Program-made: the position numbers and the translations under genes | DNA from: Chiloscyllium plagiosum | Taxonomy: Eukaryota | Assembly: GCF_004010195.1 (NCBI RefSeq) | Contig: NC_057718.1 | Coordinates: forward strand, 33,428,699-33,462,885 | Reading direction: 5' to 3' | Length of the DNA: 34,187 nucleotides | The notes under the pieces: model-generated | Told to the model about the DNA's origin: nothing | What the model saw: the letters and a program-made list of their open reading frames with translations, nothing else | The model's database searches: none | Shown here: positions 10,803-21,679 of the stretch, piece by piece | Position numbering within the stretch: position 1 is the first letter of the stretch | How the letters are laid out: the number at the start of each line of letters is the position of its first letter

Positions 10803-11925
10803 TTGAATTGAATTGATTTTTGCATGTTCCTAGGCACAGTGAAAAGCTTTGTCTTGCCAGCAATACAGGCAGATCACGGAGGTAAGTAGCATAGATAAGT
10901 AAGTAATAGGTAAACAGCGGCAAATACAAAAACAGGTACAGGCGAATGTTAAGAGTTTGTGAGCCCATTCAGTATTCTAACAACCGTAGGGTAGAAACTG
11001 TTGTGAAACTGGCTGGTGTGTGTGTGTTCAGGCTTCTGTACCTTCTCCCCGCTGGTAGTTGTTGTAGAAAAACATTGCCAGGGTGGGATGGATCTTTAAG
11101 AATGCTGGTGGTCTTTCCTTGACAGTGGGCCTGGTAGATGGATTCTATAGATGAGAGGTTGGCCTTTGTGATTGTCCGGGCCACGTTCACCACTCTCTGT
11201 AACCACCTCTGATCTTGAATGGTACAGTTGCCATACCAGGTAGTGATACATCCAAACAGAATGCTCTCAATGGTGCACCGATAAAAGTTAGCAAGGGTAT
11301 TCACTGTCATGCCAAATTTCCTCAGCTGGCTGAGGAAGAAATGTTGTTAGGCCTTTGTAACCAGTGCTTCCACATGAAGAGTCCAAGAAAGCTTGTTGTG
11401 GATGACCACTCCCAGGAGCTTGATACTCTCCACTCATTCCACCTCTGTGCTGTAATGTGTAGGGGCATGAGTAACATCCCACTGAAAGTCAATAATGAGT
11501 TCCTTGGTTTTGCCAGCATTGAGAACTAGGATGTTCTCAGTGCACCGTTTTTCCAGGTCTTCCACCTGGTCTGTAGTCTGTTTCGTTGCCATCATCTGAG
11601 ATCTGACCGACTACGGTGGTGTCATTAGCGAACTTGTAAATGGTATTTGGTGATGCAGTCATGGATATACAGTGAGTACAGTAAGGGGCTGAGAATGCAC
11701 TCTTGGGGGGGCTCCAGTGTTGAATGTTAGTGAGGATGAACTATTGTCCGCAATCTTCACTGATTGTGGCCTGTGGGTCAGGAAACTGAGGATCCAGTTG
11801 CAGAGGGTGGGACTTAGTCCAAGCTCACTAGGTTTAGTAACCAGTCTCAAGGGGATAATAGTGTTGAAGGTTGAACTATAGTCAGTGAGTAGAATTCTTA
11901 TGTAGCTATTCTTGGTGTCGATGGC
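10803..11925 (-). mobile_element. Rex1/Babar LINE, 5'-truncated, decayed RT
   Basis: YIRILLTDYSSTFNTIIP..LCNWILSFLTHRPQSV..NTGAP, YKFANDTTVVG (FADD motif mutated) and LANFYRCTIESILFGCITTWYGNCT..LQRVV. Short (CAATT)n tail, with frameshifts. Confidence 0.92.
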
Positions 11926-12129
11926 ATCTGACATGGATCTGTTGGTCCAATAAACAAGGTCTTTCAGGCATTTGGATGGACCTTCTGTTATCACAATGCT
12001 GGTCCTTGATTTTATCTCTCTCCAGAGAATGTGACTCCATCCCACACTTGCTGCCCGCCACCTAACAAATATACCTGTTCCTCCTTCAATGAAAACGTTT
12101 CCACTCGATGTTTGTTTATTCCTTAAAGA

Positions 12130-12345
12130 GAATTGTTGGCTTGGGCAGTGATTACCCATCCCTAACTGTCCAGACAGAGCAATTAAGAGAAAACTACATT
12201 GTTGTGGGGCTGGAGTCACATGGAGGCCAGACCAGCTAAAGTAACAGATTTCCTTCCCTGAAGGTCAGTGAACCAGATGGGAGGTTTCCATAATCCACAA
12301 TATTCATGTGCTCATTAAATCCAGATTTTTATTGCAATCAAAATC
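12130..12345 (-). mobile_element. tRNA-derived SINE fragment (same family as 5747-6160)
   Basis: TGTGGGGCTGGAGTCACATGGAGGCCAGACC...GATTTCCTTCCCTGAAGG..AGTGAACCAGATGGG is the reverse complement of the core at 5925-6010. Confidence 0.8.
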
Positions 12346-13168
12346 TTCATTCAACCTCAAGTCCCCAATGGCCCAGTAATAATAGTACTGAGCCATCACT
12401 TTTTAGTTTTACAGCTAACTCACTCCTTCATTTGTGTCTGGCTGTTGGTTGGAGTGAACTATTTAGGCCCATTCCCTGGACAATGATATCGATCTCGAGT
12501 CAAATCGCATTAATTTCGCCATAAGAATTCAAAACTTTTCAATAAACGTAGATTGTATTTGTCACGTCGACGTTAAGACATTTGGAGCCTGCATTCGCGA
12601 CCCCGTTATTAAATCCACTGAAGCTGACAGGTGACCTACAGGAAGAAGAGGACGCCATTCTATCAGATAATGGGTGACCCGTGACCCAACTCCATATACT
12701 TGCATTACTTTCATCATTCCCATTTAAGATTAAATGACCCAGTATCAATTGCAATTAATGGGGCAGAATCACACATTTTAATTAGAGAGGAACTATCAGT
12801 TTTACTCAATATCTTAAAGTAAGTAGACTAACTATGGGTTCATATCACACCTTAAAATACATTTAAAAACGTCCTTGCCTTAGCACTTCGAACCGTAGCA
12901 ATCAACAAATTATCATCTGCTGTCAGACCACCCATTCTACACCTAAAAGGGCTGAGGGGATATTTATGGTGGACCTATCGAGAAGCACCTGTGATCTCAG
13001 CTCCTCTGAGAGCCGACCAGATTGGGTAATTATCACACTGTGAAGATATTGAAATATTGATGCTTTTCGCTGAAAGAAAACGTGCAATGCGATTGTTTGT
13101 TCCAAAATTAATTAGCAGAATCCGGTCTCGCACCTTCCGTTTCATGTATTGCACGGACCCTGATTGAG

Positions 13169-13271
13169 GAGAAAGTGAGTACTGCAGATCAGAGCTGAAA
13201 ATGTTTTGCTGGAAAAGCGCAGCAGGTCAGGCAGCATCCGAGGAACAGGAGAATCGACGTTTCGGGCATTA
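13169..13271 (-). mobile_element. PLE family A (variant subfamily) short 3' fragment
   Basis: Family A terminus ending in the stem II loop (GACGTTTCGGGCAT). 8-bp TSD TGATTGAG at 13161-13168 and 13272-13279. Confidence 0.9.
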
Positions 13272-14951
13272 TGATTGAGCCGAATTACTTAAGCATAGAA
13301 TCAAGCCTTATAGATGTGCCATTGAGATCTGAAATCACCGCTTCAAACCACTGGAAATAAACACGGCAAGTCAACCCTGGAAAGTAGATTAAGGTTGGGT
13401 TGGGGCAAGTATAAGGAGTGACAGAGTTATCTTGGAAAGAATCGACACCAGAAATCTCAAGTTGTATTTACTGTCAGAGCACACCGACAAAGCAATCGGA
13501 AATGAGCATTCGGTTTTAATGAACGCCTTAGTGTAAAGTTTATTGACTTCAGAGTTTCTGAAGCAGGGGAAAACGACAACTTTAAACTTGCTTCAGAATT
13601 TGCCTCCTGCTGGCTGACTGAGTTCCTATATTCTACAAGGACTTTTATTTTAAAAACTAACAACCTAATTTAATTCTGCGAACTGAATAAGGAAATGTGA
13701 GCCGGTTGGAGTGCAGAGTGAGGAGAGGCTGGGGAGAGTTCTGCACCTTACTGATTGGCGGAGAACTGCGACCGAAATATCAACATCTCGCTAGAGTTAC
13801 ACTGTTGCGTGACTGTGTGGAAAATGTTCACATAAATAATAAAAGCCTCATCAGTATATTTCCAGTAATTTTAACCTGTGCAAAGATTTTCTGTCTCTAT
13901 GAAGGTGTAACGCCTCAGAGGAGTCATTTCAAGGAACTTTTAGTCATTAATTCCACAGGGACAGCCAATAAATTAAAACCGTGTTGTTTTTTTTAAGAAA
14001 GGCCTTTTATTTCTGGGCATTATTGTCCAAAGTGGCGACAGCAACCTTTGAAAATGCCCCTCTCCGGCGGAGTTTGGTTTGATCTCTGTATCCATGGGCA
14101 GGACCTACTTCATTTGTCCATGCCTCGCTGTTCGGCTTCTCTCTTCATTCGCCGATGAATTCCAGTGCTATCTACAGGTCATATGAGTGAAAGTAATCAT
14201 CTATTACAAATACTAGGTCGGGGATTTGGACATTTTTATAGTTTTAGTATTCTTCCTTTAAAGAAGTCTCCTTCAAAGGGTGTTTACCCTGTCTCTAGTC
14301 CCAGGTCATTTCCCGTCCATGTTTCTGATCAACTAACTAAAATCTGATTAAAATAAATAATATAAAGATGAACTGACTTACTACAGTACTTATTGGGAGA
14401 GAGTAATTGAACTGAAGATGTGTTTAGGCCTTGTATTCTCGCAAAGCTTCAATCTCTAGTTGGTCAAATCCATTTTGTTCAAAGTTTGACCAGTCTATCA
14501 CCATCTTCTGATTGACCTGCATTACCAGGACAACTTATTTAAAATTCTTTAAATTATGGAAGGATTACAGTGCAGAATGAAGGACATTCTACCCATTGTA
14601 CCTGTCCTGGCTCTCTGTATTTATTTAATTCCATTTCCTACCTTTCCCCTCCAGCTCTGAAAATTTGTTTCTGTTCAGGTAATTATCCAATTCTGTTTTG
14701 TAAAACAGAATTTTATTCTACCTCCATTAAATTTTCAGGCAAGTTAGATTCAAAAAGTTGAAGTCAGAAGGAGGACACTTAGTTTGGGAATTTATATGGG
14801 TTACAGCAGTCTCCCCCACCAGTGGGGACTCCAGGAGGTCTGATGCTGTTACCTTCCAATCATGATGTGGAGGTGCTGGTGTTGGACAGGGGCGGACAAA
14901 GTTTAAAAATCACACAACACCAGGTTATAGTAGAACAGATTTATTTAGAAA

Positions 14952-14986
14952 TACTAGCTTGCAGAGCGCTGCTCCTTCATCAGGTA
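14952..14986 (-). ncRNA. Degenerate minimal hammerhead motif, family B
   Basis: UAC CUGAUGA A GGAGC AGC GCUCU GCAA GC UA GUA. Stems I and II pair, but GAAA is mutated to GCAA. Confidence 0.6.
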
Positions 14987-15809
14987 ACTAGTGGGGCAGG
15001 ATAATAAGACACAGAATTTTTAGCAAAAGATCACAGTGTCATGCAATTAAAAGGATACAGTGAACAAACCTAGATTTCTGTTAAATCCTTCATCTTTTAG
15101 AATGGCATGTGGGTTTTGGTCCATTAATATGTAAATCCCAGAACTTCCTTTAAGCCACATTTTTGAGATAACTTAAGGTTTTATTTTTAAAAAAGTGACA
15201 CATCAGCTCAGACAATGTATGTGAGGTTAGAGTCTGTCTGTATCCCAATCTGGTTCTAATTCCAAAGTAGGAATTTATAAAATGTTACATGGATTTACTG
15301 CCTGCAGATTGTGTGCTTTTTGAGCAAAAATAGATATACCTGCAAATATAATCCTGCAAATGCAAATTTTAGACTTTTATGTGTATGTGAGGGAGAGAGT
15401 GAGATTGCGAGTGCACGTGAGAGAGTGTGGTTGTGTGCGCGCATGCTTGGTAGAGTGTGTGCGTAAGTGTGATGGAGTATAAGCCTGTGAGAGGATATGT
15501 GCGTGGGTGAGAGTGTGTGTTGGGGGGGGGTGTACGTGTGTGTGTGTGTGTGAGGGGGTCTGGGTGAGTATGTAATTGTGTGTGTGTGTATAGTGAAATG
15601 GGGTCACCTGTAGTATGACATGAATCCAAAGTCCCAGTTGAGGCCATCCGCATGGGTACCAAACTTGGCAATCAGCCTCTGCTCAACCACTCTGTTGTTG
15701 CATAGCCAAAGGTCTGCCTCGGAGGACGGTCACCCAAAGATCCAAAGCTGAATGTCCCTGACCGCTGAAGTGTTCCCCAACTGGGTGCGGTGTCCATTCA
15801 TCCATTATT

Positions 15810-15883
15810 TATTTCTAAATAAATCTGTTCTACTATAACCTGGTGTTGTGTGATTTTTAAACTTTGTCCGCCCTTGTCCAACA
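15810..15883 (+). repeat. 74-bp inverted copy of 14880-14953 inserted into the GIY-YIG coding region
   Basis: 73/74 identical to the reverse complement of 14880-14953. Confidence 0.95.
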
Positions 15884-16281
15884 TAGCATTTGCTTGGTTT
15901 CACCAATGTACTGTGCCTCAGAGCATTCTTGCCTGCAGCATATGAGATGGACAACGGTGGTCGAGTCACATGGGTACCTGCTGCATAAATGGTGGGTGGT
16001 GTCCCCACATGTAATGGTGGTATCCATGTTGACACTCTGACATGTCTTGCAGTGGTTACCATGACAGGGTTGATGGTGTTGTGGTTGATTTTTATTGCAG
16101 TTTGCTGCAAAATATGATCTGTTTGAAGTTTGTTTAAAGGCGAGAAGTGGAGGCATAGGGAAGGTCTTGGTGAAGTGCTCATCCTCATCGATAATGTGTT
16201 GCAGGCTGCGAAGAACATGGCATAGTTTCTCTGCTCCTGGGAAGTACTGGACAATGAAGGGTACCTTATTAGTTGCATCCC

Positions 16282-16420
16282 TTGATGTCACAAGGAATTA
16301 AGGGCTACGGGGAGAATGCGGGTAAGTGGAGTTGAAATGCCCATCAGCCATGATTGAATGGCGGAGTGGACTCGATGGGCCGAATGGCCTTACTTCCGCT
16401 CCTAGGTCTTATGGTCTTAT
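16282..16420 (+). mobile_element. Young CR1 3' UTR fragment nested in the PLE ORF
   Basis: GGAATTAAGGGCTACGGGGAGAATGCGGG..TCAGCCATGATTGAATGGCGGAG..GATGGGCCGAATGGCCTTACTTCCGCTCCTAGGTCTTATGGTCTTAT. CpGs retained. Possible ATCCC duplication. Confidence 0.9.
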
Positions 16421-17432
16421 CCCATGCCCGTCTCCTGAGAAGGTCATTACAGTTTCTCACTATGTCATGTCGGAACTGGCGATCGATAAGTTGAGCATTG
16501 TACCCTGTTCTTATGAGAGCATTCTTATGGCTGTTTTAATATGATTAAGGTGGAAGCTAGATAAGTACAGCAACGCAAGGTTATCCATGGGTTTGTGGTA
16601 GAATGAGGTGCTGAGGTACCCGTCCTTGATGGAAATGTGTGTGTCCAAGAATGAGACAGATACTAAAGAGTAGACCTTGGTAAGTCTATTGTTGAATTGG
16701 AACTTATTGATATCACTGTGCAGTTGTTTCAGTAACTCCTCACCTGGGTCTAGAGGAAGAAAATATCGTCAATATATCTGATGTATAATGCTTGTTGGTG
16801 GTCCTGTGCAGTAAAGAAATCTTGTTCAAACTAATGCATGAAAATGTTGGCATATTGGGGTGCTGGCTTATACTCCATCTCACTCATGCACACACTCTAC
16901 CAAGCTCGCTTTCTCACTCTCACATGTGCGCGCACACATAAATCTATGGGGTGAATTTGCATTTACAGATATATTTAATTACTTTTTCCTCAAAAAGCAC
17001 ACAACCTGCAGGCTCTCAATCCACATAACAACATTTTATAAATTCCTACTTTGGAAATAGACCCAGTTTGACTTAAGATCAGAATACACACAGATTCTAA
17101 TCTCATACCTTTAATGCATTGTCTGAGCTGAGCTGTCACTTTTTTATATATAAAACCTTAAGTTATCTCGAGAATGTGACTTAGAAGAAATTCTGGGATT
17201 TACTTGTTAATGAACCGCAATCTGCAACCCATTCTAAAAGATGAAAGACTTAACAACAATTTAGATTTGTTCAATGCATCATTTTAATTGCAATGGCATC
17301 TTTTGCTATAAATCCTGTCTCTTATGATCCTGTCCCAATAGTTACGATGAAGGAGCAGCCTCTGAAAGCTAATACTTTCAAATAAACTTGTTGGACTATA
17401 ACCTGGTGCTGTGTGATTTTTAACATTTCAAT

Positions 17433-17926
17433 CTGTGAATCCTACCCCATCAAAACTCACTTCTCTCCACTGATTCATCGACAATCCCAGGTGAAAGCTC
17501 CAGTGCAATACCTACAGTGGCCACTTTCCTGGACAGCATTGGATCTCACTTCGCCCTTTACAGAGCACAAAGAGCTGCTTACCAACCACAAGTGGGCAGC
17601 TGTCAAATATCACCAGTGCCATCTACCACTGTCAGGTGGTAGTTTAAGAAAGAAAAATCGCCAATGCCTTCACAACATGGTGTTGGGGAGAAATAAGCAC
17701 TATGGCCATTTGGCAGTAGTGTGGGGAGCGGGTTTTAAAAAATATTTAACCAGGAGATTAGAATCTCCACAGATCAGTGGACTGAGTCTGAGCTAGCTGG
17801 CCATATAGCCACTGTACTAAAAAAAACCCAGCACTGTTGGGACCAATGACCACTGTAGTATTGCACTAGGGCCGTCACCAATGAATCGGTGGAGAGAAGT
17901 GAGTTTTGATGGGGTAGGATTCACAG
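17433..17926. repeat. 494-bp inverted-repeat (MITE/foldback-like) element
   Basis: 17433-17478 vs 17881-17926 match at 45/46 as an inverted repeat. Imperfect pairing continues ~50 bp inward. No convincing TSD. Confidence 0.75.
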
Positions 17927-18294
17927 TAAAAAGTTTGCCAAAGAGGGGAGAGAGGAAGAAAGAACAGTAGGGTGGCTTCCTATTTGGAGCAGGCTCTTCC
18001 TGAGGCCAGGTCCTTTAGTTCACCAGAGTGCCCCTGAATGAGGGATCCCTTGTAGGTAAAGCTGACAGACTCCCCAGATGGTGAGTCTTTTACCAGCAGC
18101 TGTCATCAACTTTAGTGAGTCCTTTTCCTGCTGGGACTAGAGGGTATTAGGTACAGGCCAGTGCCTGATGAACCTTCGGTCAAGGATGTGTTTTTTTTCA
18201 CAAACATTTCCATGTGGGACAAGTGATATGGTATAATCCAATTAACTGGAGCATGTGGTGGAAAGTCAGCCAGATCATTTCCTCTCAACACTGA

Positions 18295-18483
18295 GTTAAA
18301 AGTCACACAAGACCAGGTTATACTCCTCTAGGTTTACTTGGAAGCACTAGCTTTTGTGGCCACCTGATGAAGAGGCAGCGCCTCAAAAGCTAGTGCTTCC
18401 AAAGAAACTGAGAGGACTATAATCTGGTGTTGTGTGATTTTTAACTTTGGCAACCCCAGTCCAACACTGGCACTTCCAAATCA
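18295..18483. mobile_element. Palindromic PLE family B mini-element
   Basis: Minus arm ~18295-18354 and plus arm 18361-18483. TSD TCTCAACACTGA (18283-18294) / TCTCAATACTGA (18484-18495), 11/12. Confidence 0.88.
18361..18395 (+). ncRNA. Minimal hammerhead motif, family B, one core mutation
   Basis: CAC CUGAUGA A GAGGC AGC GCCUC AAAA GC UA GUG. Stems I and II are perfect. GAAA>AAAA fits CpG decay. Confidence 0.65.
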
Positions 18484-18868
18484 TCTCAATACTGAAACAG
18501 ACAGAACCTGAGTATACAGTGACATCTGCTGTTTGAATACTGAGGATCTGTACATATTTCTATGCAGGCACACACCAAGGTGAGGTTTTTGCCTCCCTTT
18601 AACCTGAGATTTGTTAATTGCCTCCTACAGATACAGTCTTTTTTGATCTCCATATAAAATAGTTCATGACTCAGATGACCACTATGGCACAGAAACCAGG
18701 TTTGGCCAGATCTGTGTCACAGAGCAATGCGGAAACACCTCACACCTGATATCCAAGTTCCGAACTGCAATGGAGAAGATCGATAACTCCCATCCGACCA
18801 GTGATTGTTTTCCTTCACTATCTGCTGCTTCCAGTTTTGAGTATATATGCCATCTCCTCAGAACCATA

Positions 18869-19047
18869 TTTGATTTATTGTTGTCACATGTACCAATATA
18901 CAGTGAAATGTTTTGCATGCTATATAGGCAAATCATATCTTACATAAGTATATCAAAGTAATAGAACAGAATGCCAAATATAGTGTTACAGCTACAGAGA
19001 AGGTGTAAAGAAATATCAACTCTAATATATGAAAGATCTGTTCAGAA
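18869..19047 (-). mobile_element. Rex1/Babar-like 3' UTR fragment
   Basis: TTGATTTATTGTTGTCACATGTACC..TACAGTGAAA..ATAGGCAAATCAT resembles the tail of the Rex element at 10803-10900. Confidence 0.55.
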
Positions 19048-19149
19048 ATTTTTAAAAATCTAAACTTGATGATTTATGTAGGGAAGGATTAGTTAGCCAA
19101 GTTCCCAAAAAATATGGCCACACACTTTTCAACATTTACTTGACTCCCA

Positions 19150-19430
19150 ATCGAAGGTTAATAGCAAAAGAAAAGGGGTAACATGAGGAAAACCTTTATT
19201 TTTTCTCCACAGCAAGTAATTCAGATTTGCAGTGTACTGCCTAAGAGTATAATGCAAGGCTGATTCAATTGTGGCTTTTGAAATGAATTATCTGAATAAA
19301 AGTCTTTGCACTGTCAAGGTGAAAAGGCGGAGGAGTGGAAGTATCTAGCTGCTCTTGCTGACAAGTTGGCAGAGGTATGATTGGTAAATGACCTTTTTCT
19401 GAGCTTTATCCATTCTAGTATTCTATTCTG
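19150..19430 (+). mobile_element. Old CR1 3' end
   Basis: ACATGAGGAAAACCTTT..CACAGC..TACTGCCTAAGAG.., tail ATGATTGGTAAATGACCTTTTTCTGAGC and ATTCTA repeats. Confidence 0.7.
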
Positions 19431-21359
19431 TAAGTCATATTTTCAAATTTATTAAAATGAATAATTATCTTATGCATTGAATAAGACAAAAGTTAAACAG
19501 CTATTGAGTTCACATAAAATTGTTTTAAAGTGTAATTTTTGCTTACCAATTGTCTGTGTTATATATCAATATGTTAAGAATTAAAAAAATGTTGTATTTG
19601 AGAGCTTAATTATTTTATTCTGCAAAAGCTTGGCTGCCCACTATAAACGGATCCAGATACTGCCCACAAAACAGGTGACCTCAATATTGCTGTCTTTAAA
19701 GAAGTTATGCAGGTGGAGCAAGAACAGTTCTGCGGAAATTCAACTTGCCAAGATTTTTTTCATCTCCTGCCAAATATTTGAGGAAAATGTTTTCAGGGCC
19801 TTCTTTACATATTGAGCAGATGCAAATCTTTATTAATCTGGACAGTATTCAATTAAAAGCCACTGAAAAAAAAATACCCTTGTACAGCTTTGGAATTTTG
19901 TTCTGGAGCATTCAATGTAGTAACTTACAATAAACGTAAATCAAGAGGAATAAGAGATCCTTAATACACGTTTGTGCATTTAATAAAGGGAGAAACAAAG
20001 AAGAGTGAAAGAAACATTTCAGAATATGAAATGAGAAAAGAATGAACTTAATATATTAAAAATGGTTTAAAAAGGCAACCAAAATTCCCAAAGAAAAGTA
20101 CAGGGAAGGCAGAGTTATGACACATTACTCATTGTTAATATTAATTAATTGCATTGTAGAGTACATTATGTTCTACCAGTCTTCTCTTGAATCTCAATTC
20201 TGTTAAACCTTTATCCAAATCGAATATATTAAAATCATTTGGCCTAAAATTTCTTTTAAGTATTGCTGTAAATTACATTTGTTTGCAGTGTTGTATTCCT
20301 TGATTGGTCCAATACATCCAAATCATTTGTTGGGGACATATCACTCCTTTTATATCTAAAGCGTCAGTGCATTGGCTGTGTTAAAGAAGGCAATTTATAC
20401 CAACTACACTATTGAATGATTATGCAGTTAAATAAGTTTTATAGATAGAGGACAAAAGTGGCCAAAAGGAACATGTATAGTGTCTCTTCAATGGAAAAAA
20501 GCAATCACTTCTACAAATCTCCTGACTAAAATCAACATTATGCCACTCATACACCATTCCTTTTAGGGGGGAATACAAGGAAATGCTACAATTATGCATT
20601 TTTAATGTTGGTCAATAAGTAGTTTGAAGTAACTAATTATTACTTACTTGTTAGACAACCTTTATTCCAAGACTGTGATCTACTTCTTCAAGCATGGTTT
20701 TATACCTTAATTGTGAATTTTCACTATACTACTGTTTCCATGCTACTGACTGATTTCTGCTTCACTGCCATCTACTTGCTACCTCGGGCAAGCGGCTCTG
20801 AACTGCTTCAACTGACCTTCAGAATCATCTTTGCTGCACAGGTTGCACCAGCTGGTCAAATTGCTAACACTGGTATTCTTGCTTTTGTGTGCTCTTCAAA
20901 TAGTGAGAGTTTAATCCTCAGCTAAACATCTGTTTACTGCTACCTTAAACTATAGAGGGTAAATACCTCTGGGCTTCATTCATGCCTAATAGGGCCAAAT
21001 TGTGTTATTGATTCTCCCATTGGTTTAACTTGATACTATTGCCTGTCACATTTACCATTCATCAGAGGCATTGATTTATTACCCCTGTGAGGCATTATAA
21101 TAAAATGGGGTAACTGGCTGTAAGTCTGACTTTTCTGTTTAAAAACAATATTTATAATAATACACAATCTTGACACTACATTTACTGGTAAAGTATTCAA
21201 CAATGTTTTGCTGACTATCCCCATTTATCAGCATTCTTCCATCTCTATTAAATGATGGACATCCAACAGGTCCACTGGGAATGGAGTCATTTCACATGGA
21301 ACAATTTTGCTAATGGCTGGAGAGACCAATCTGGCTCAAGATATTCCTGAATGATTCTC

Positions 21360-21440
21360 TTCAGAGATGTTACACCTCTGGAACAGGTGGACTTGAGGCC
21401 AGACCTCCTGCTTCACACTTAAGGACACTGCTCCACAAGC
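21360..21440 (-). mobile_element. Degenerate tRNA-derived SINE head
   Basis: Reverse complement CTTGTGGAGCAGTGTCC..GGAGGTCTGGCCTCAAGTCCACCTGTTCCAGAGGTGT has A/B-box-like remnants. Confidence 0.4.
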
Positions 21441-21679
21441 GACCCCTCTCAGTCCACCAATCTAGCTACAAGAGAACTGCTGTAAATGAAATGATTGTCA
21501 GGTGTTGTGGGTTGTTATTTTCAAGGACAGTGTTGTCAGTGTTGTCGCTGATTCCATTCCTAATAATACCATGAACAAAGCATTCTCTATTGTTTTGTAG
21601 CCAATGACACTGAGACATGAGCTTGCAGATTGTGTTGGAGTATGATTTTGCTGTTGCTCATAGCTCCAGTGCTTCATAG

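Larger units (their letters stand above)
15604..16863 (-). pseudogene. PLE reverse transcriptase (C-terminal half) + Cys-rich linker + GIY-YIG endonuclease, disrupted
   Basis: APQYANIFMH, RYIDDIFF (YIDD 16765-16776), SFLDTHISIKDG..YHKP, PC..HCKTC, VVHLICCRQECSEAQYIGETKQ and FMSYYR*. Broken by stops, deletions and two insertions. Confidence 0.92.
14862..17424 (-). mobile_element. PLE family B (Neptune-like): 5'-truncated copy with inverted pLTR at its 5' end
   Basis: Minus strand carries RT-linker-GIY-YIG (16863-15604), a CA-rich tract and pLTR to 14862. 16865-17424 is a diverged inverted copy of ~14902-15486. Candidate TSD ACCTTCCAATC (14851-14861) / ACATTTCAATC (17423-17433), 9/11. Confidence 0.9.

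Noticed and set aside
15369..15671. His/Thr-rich ORFs
   Set aside because: These are translations of the (CA)n-rich tract in the PLE 3' region.
18161..18186. CCTGATGAACCTTCGGTCAAGG as another hammerhead
   Set aside because: It has CUGAUGA and a small hairpin but no GAAA or NUH/stem I partner, and no PLE context.
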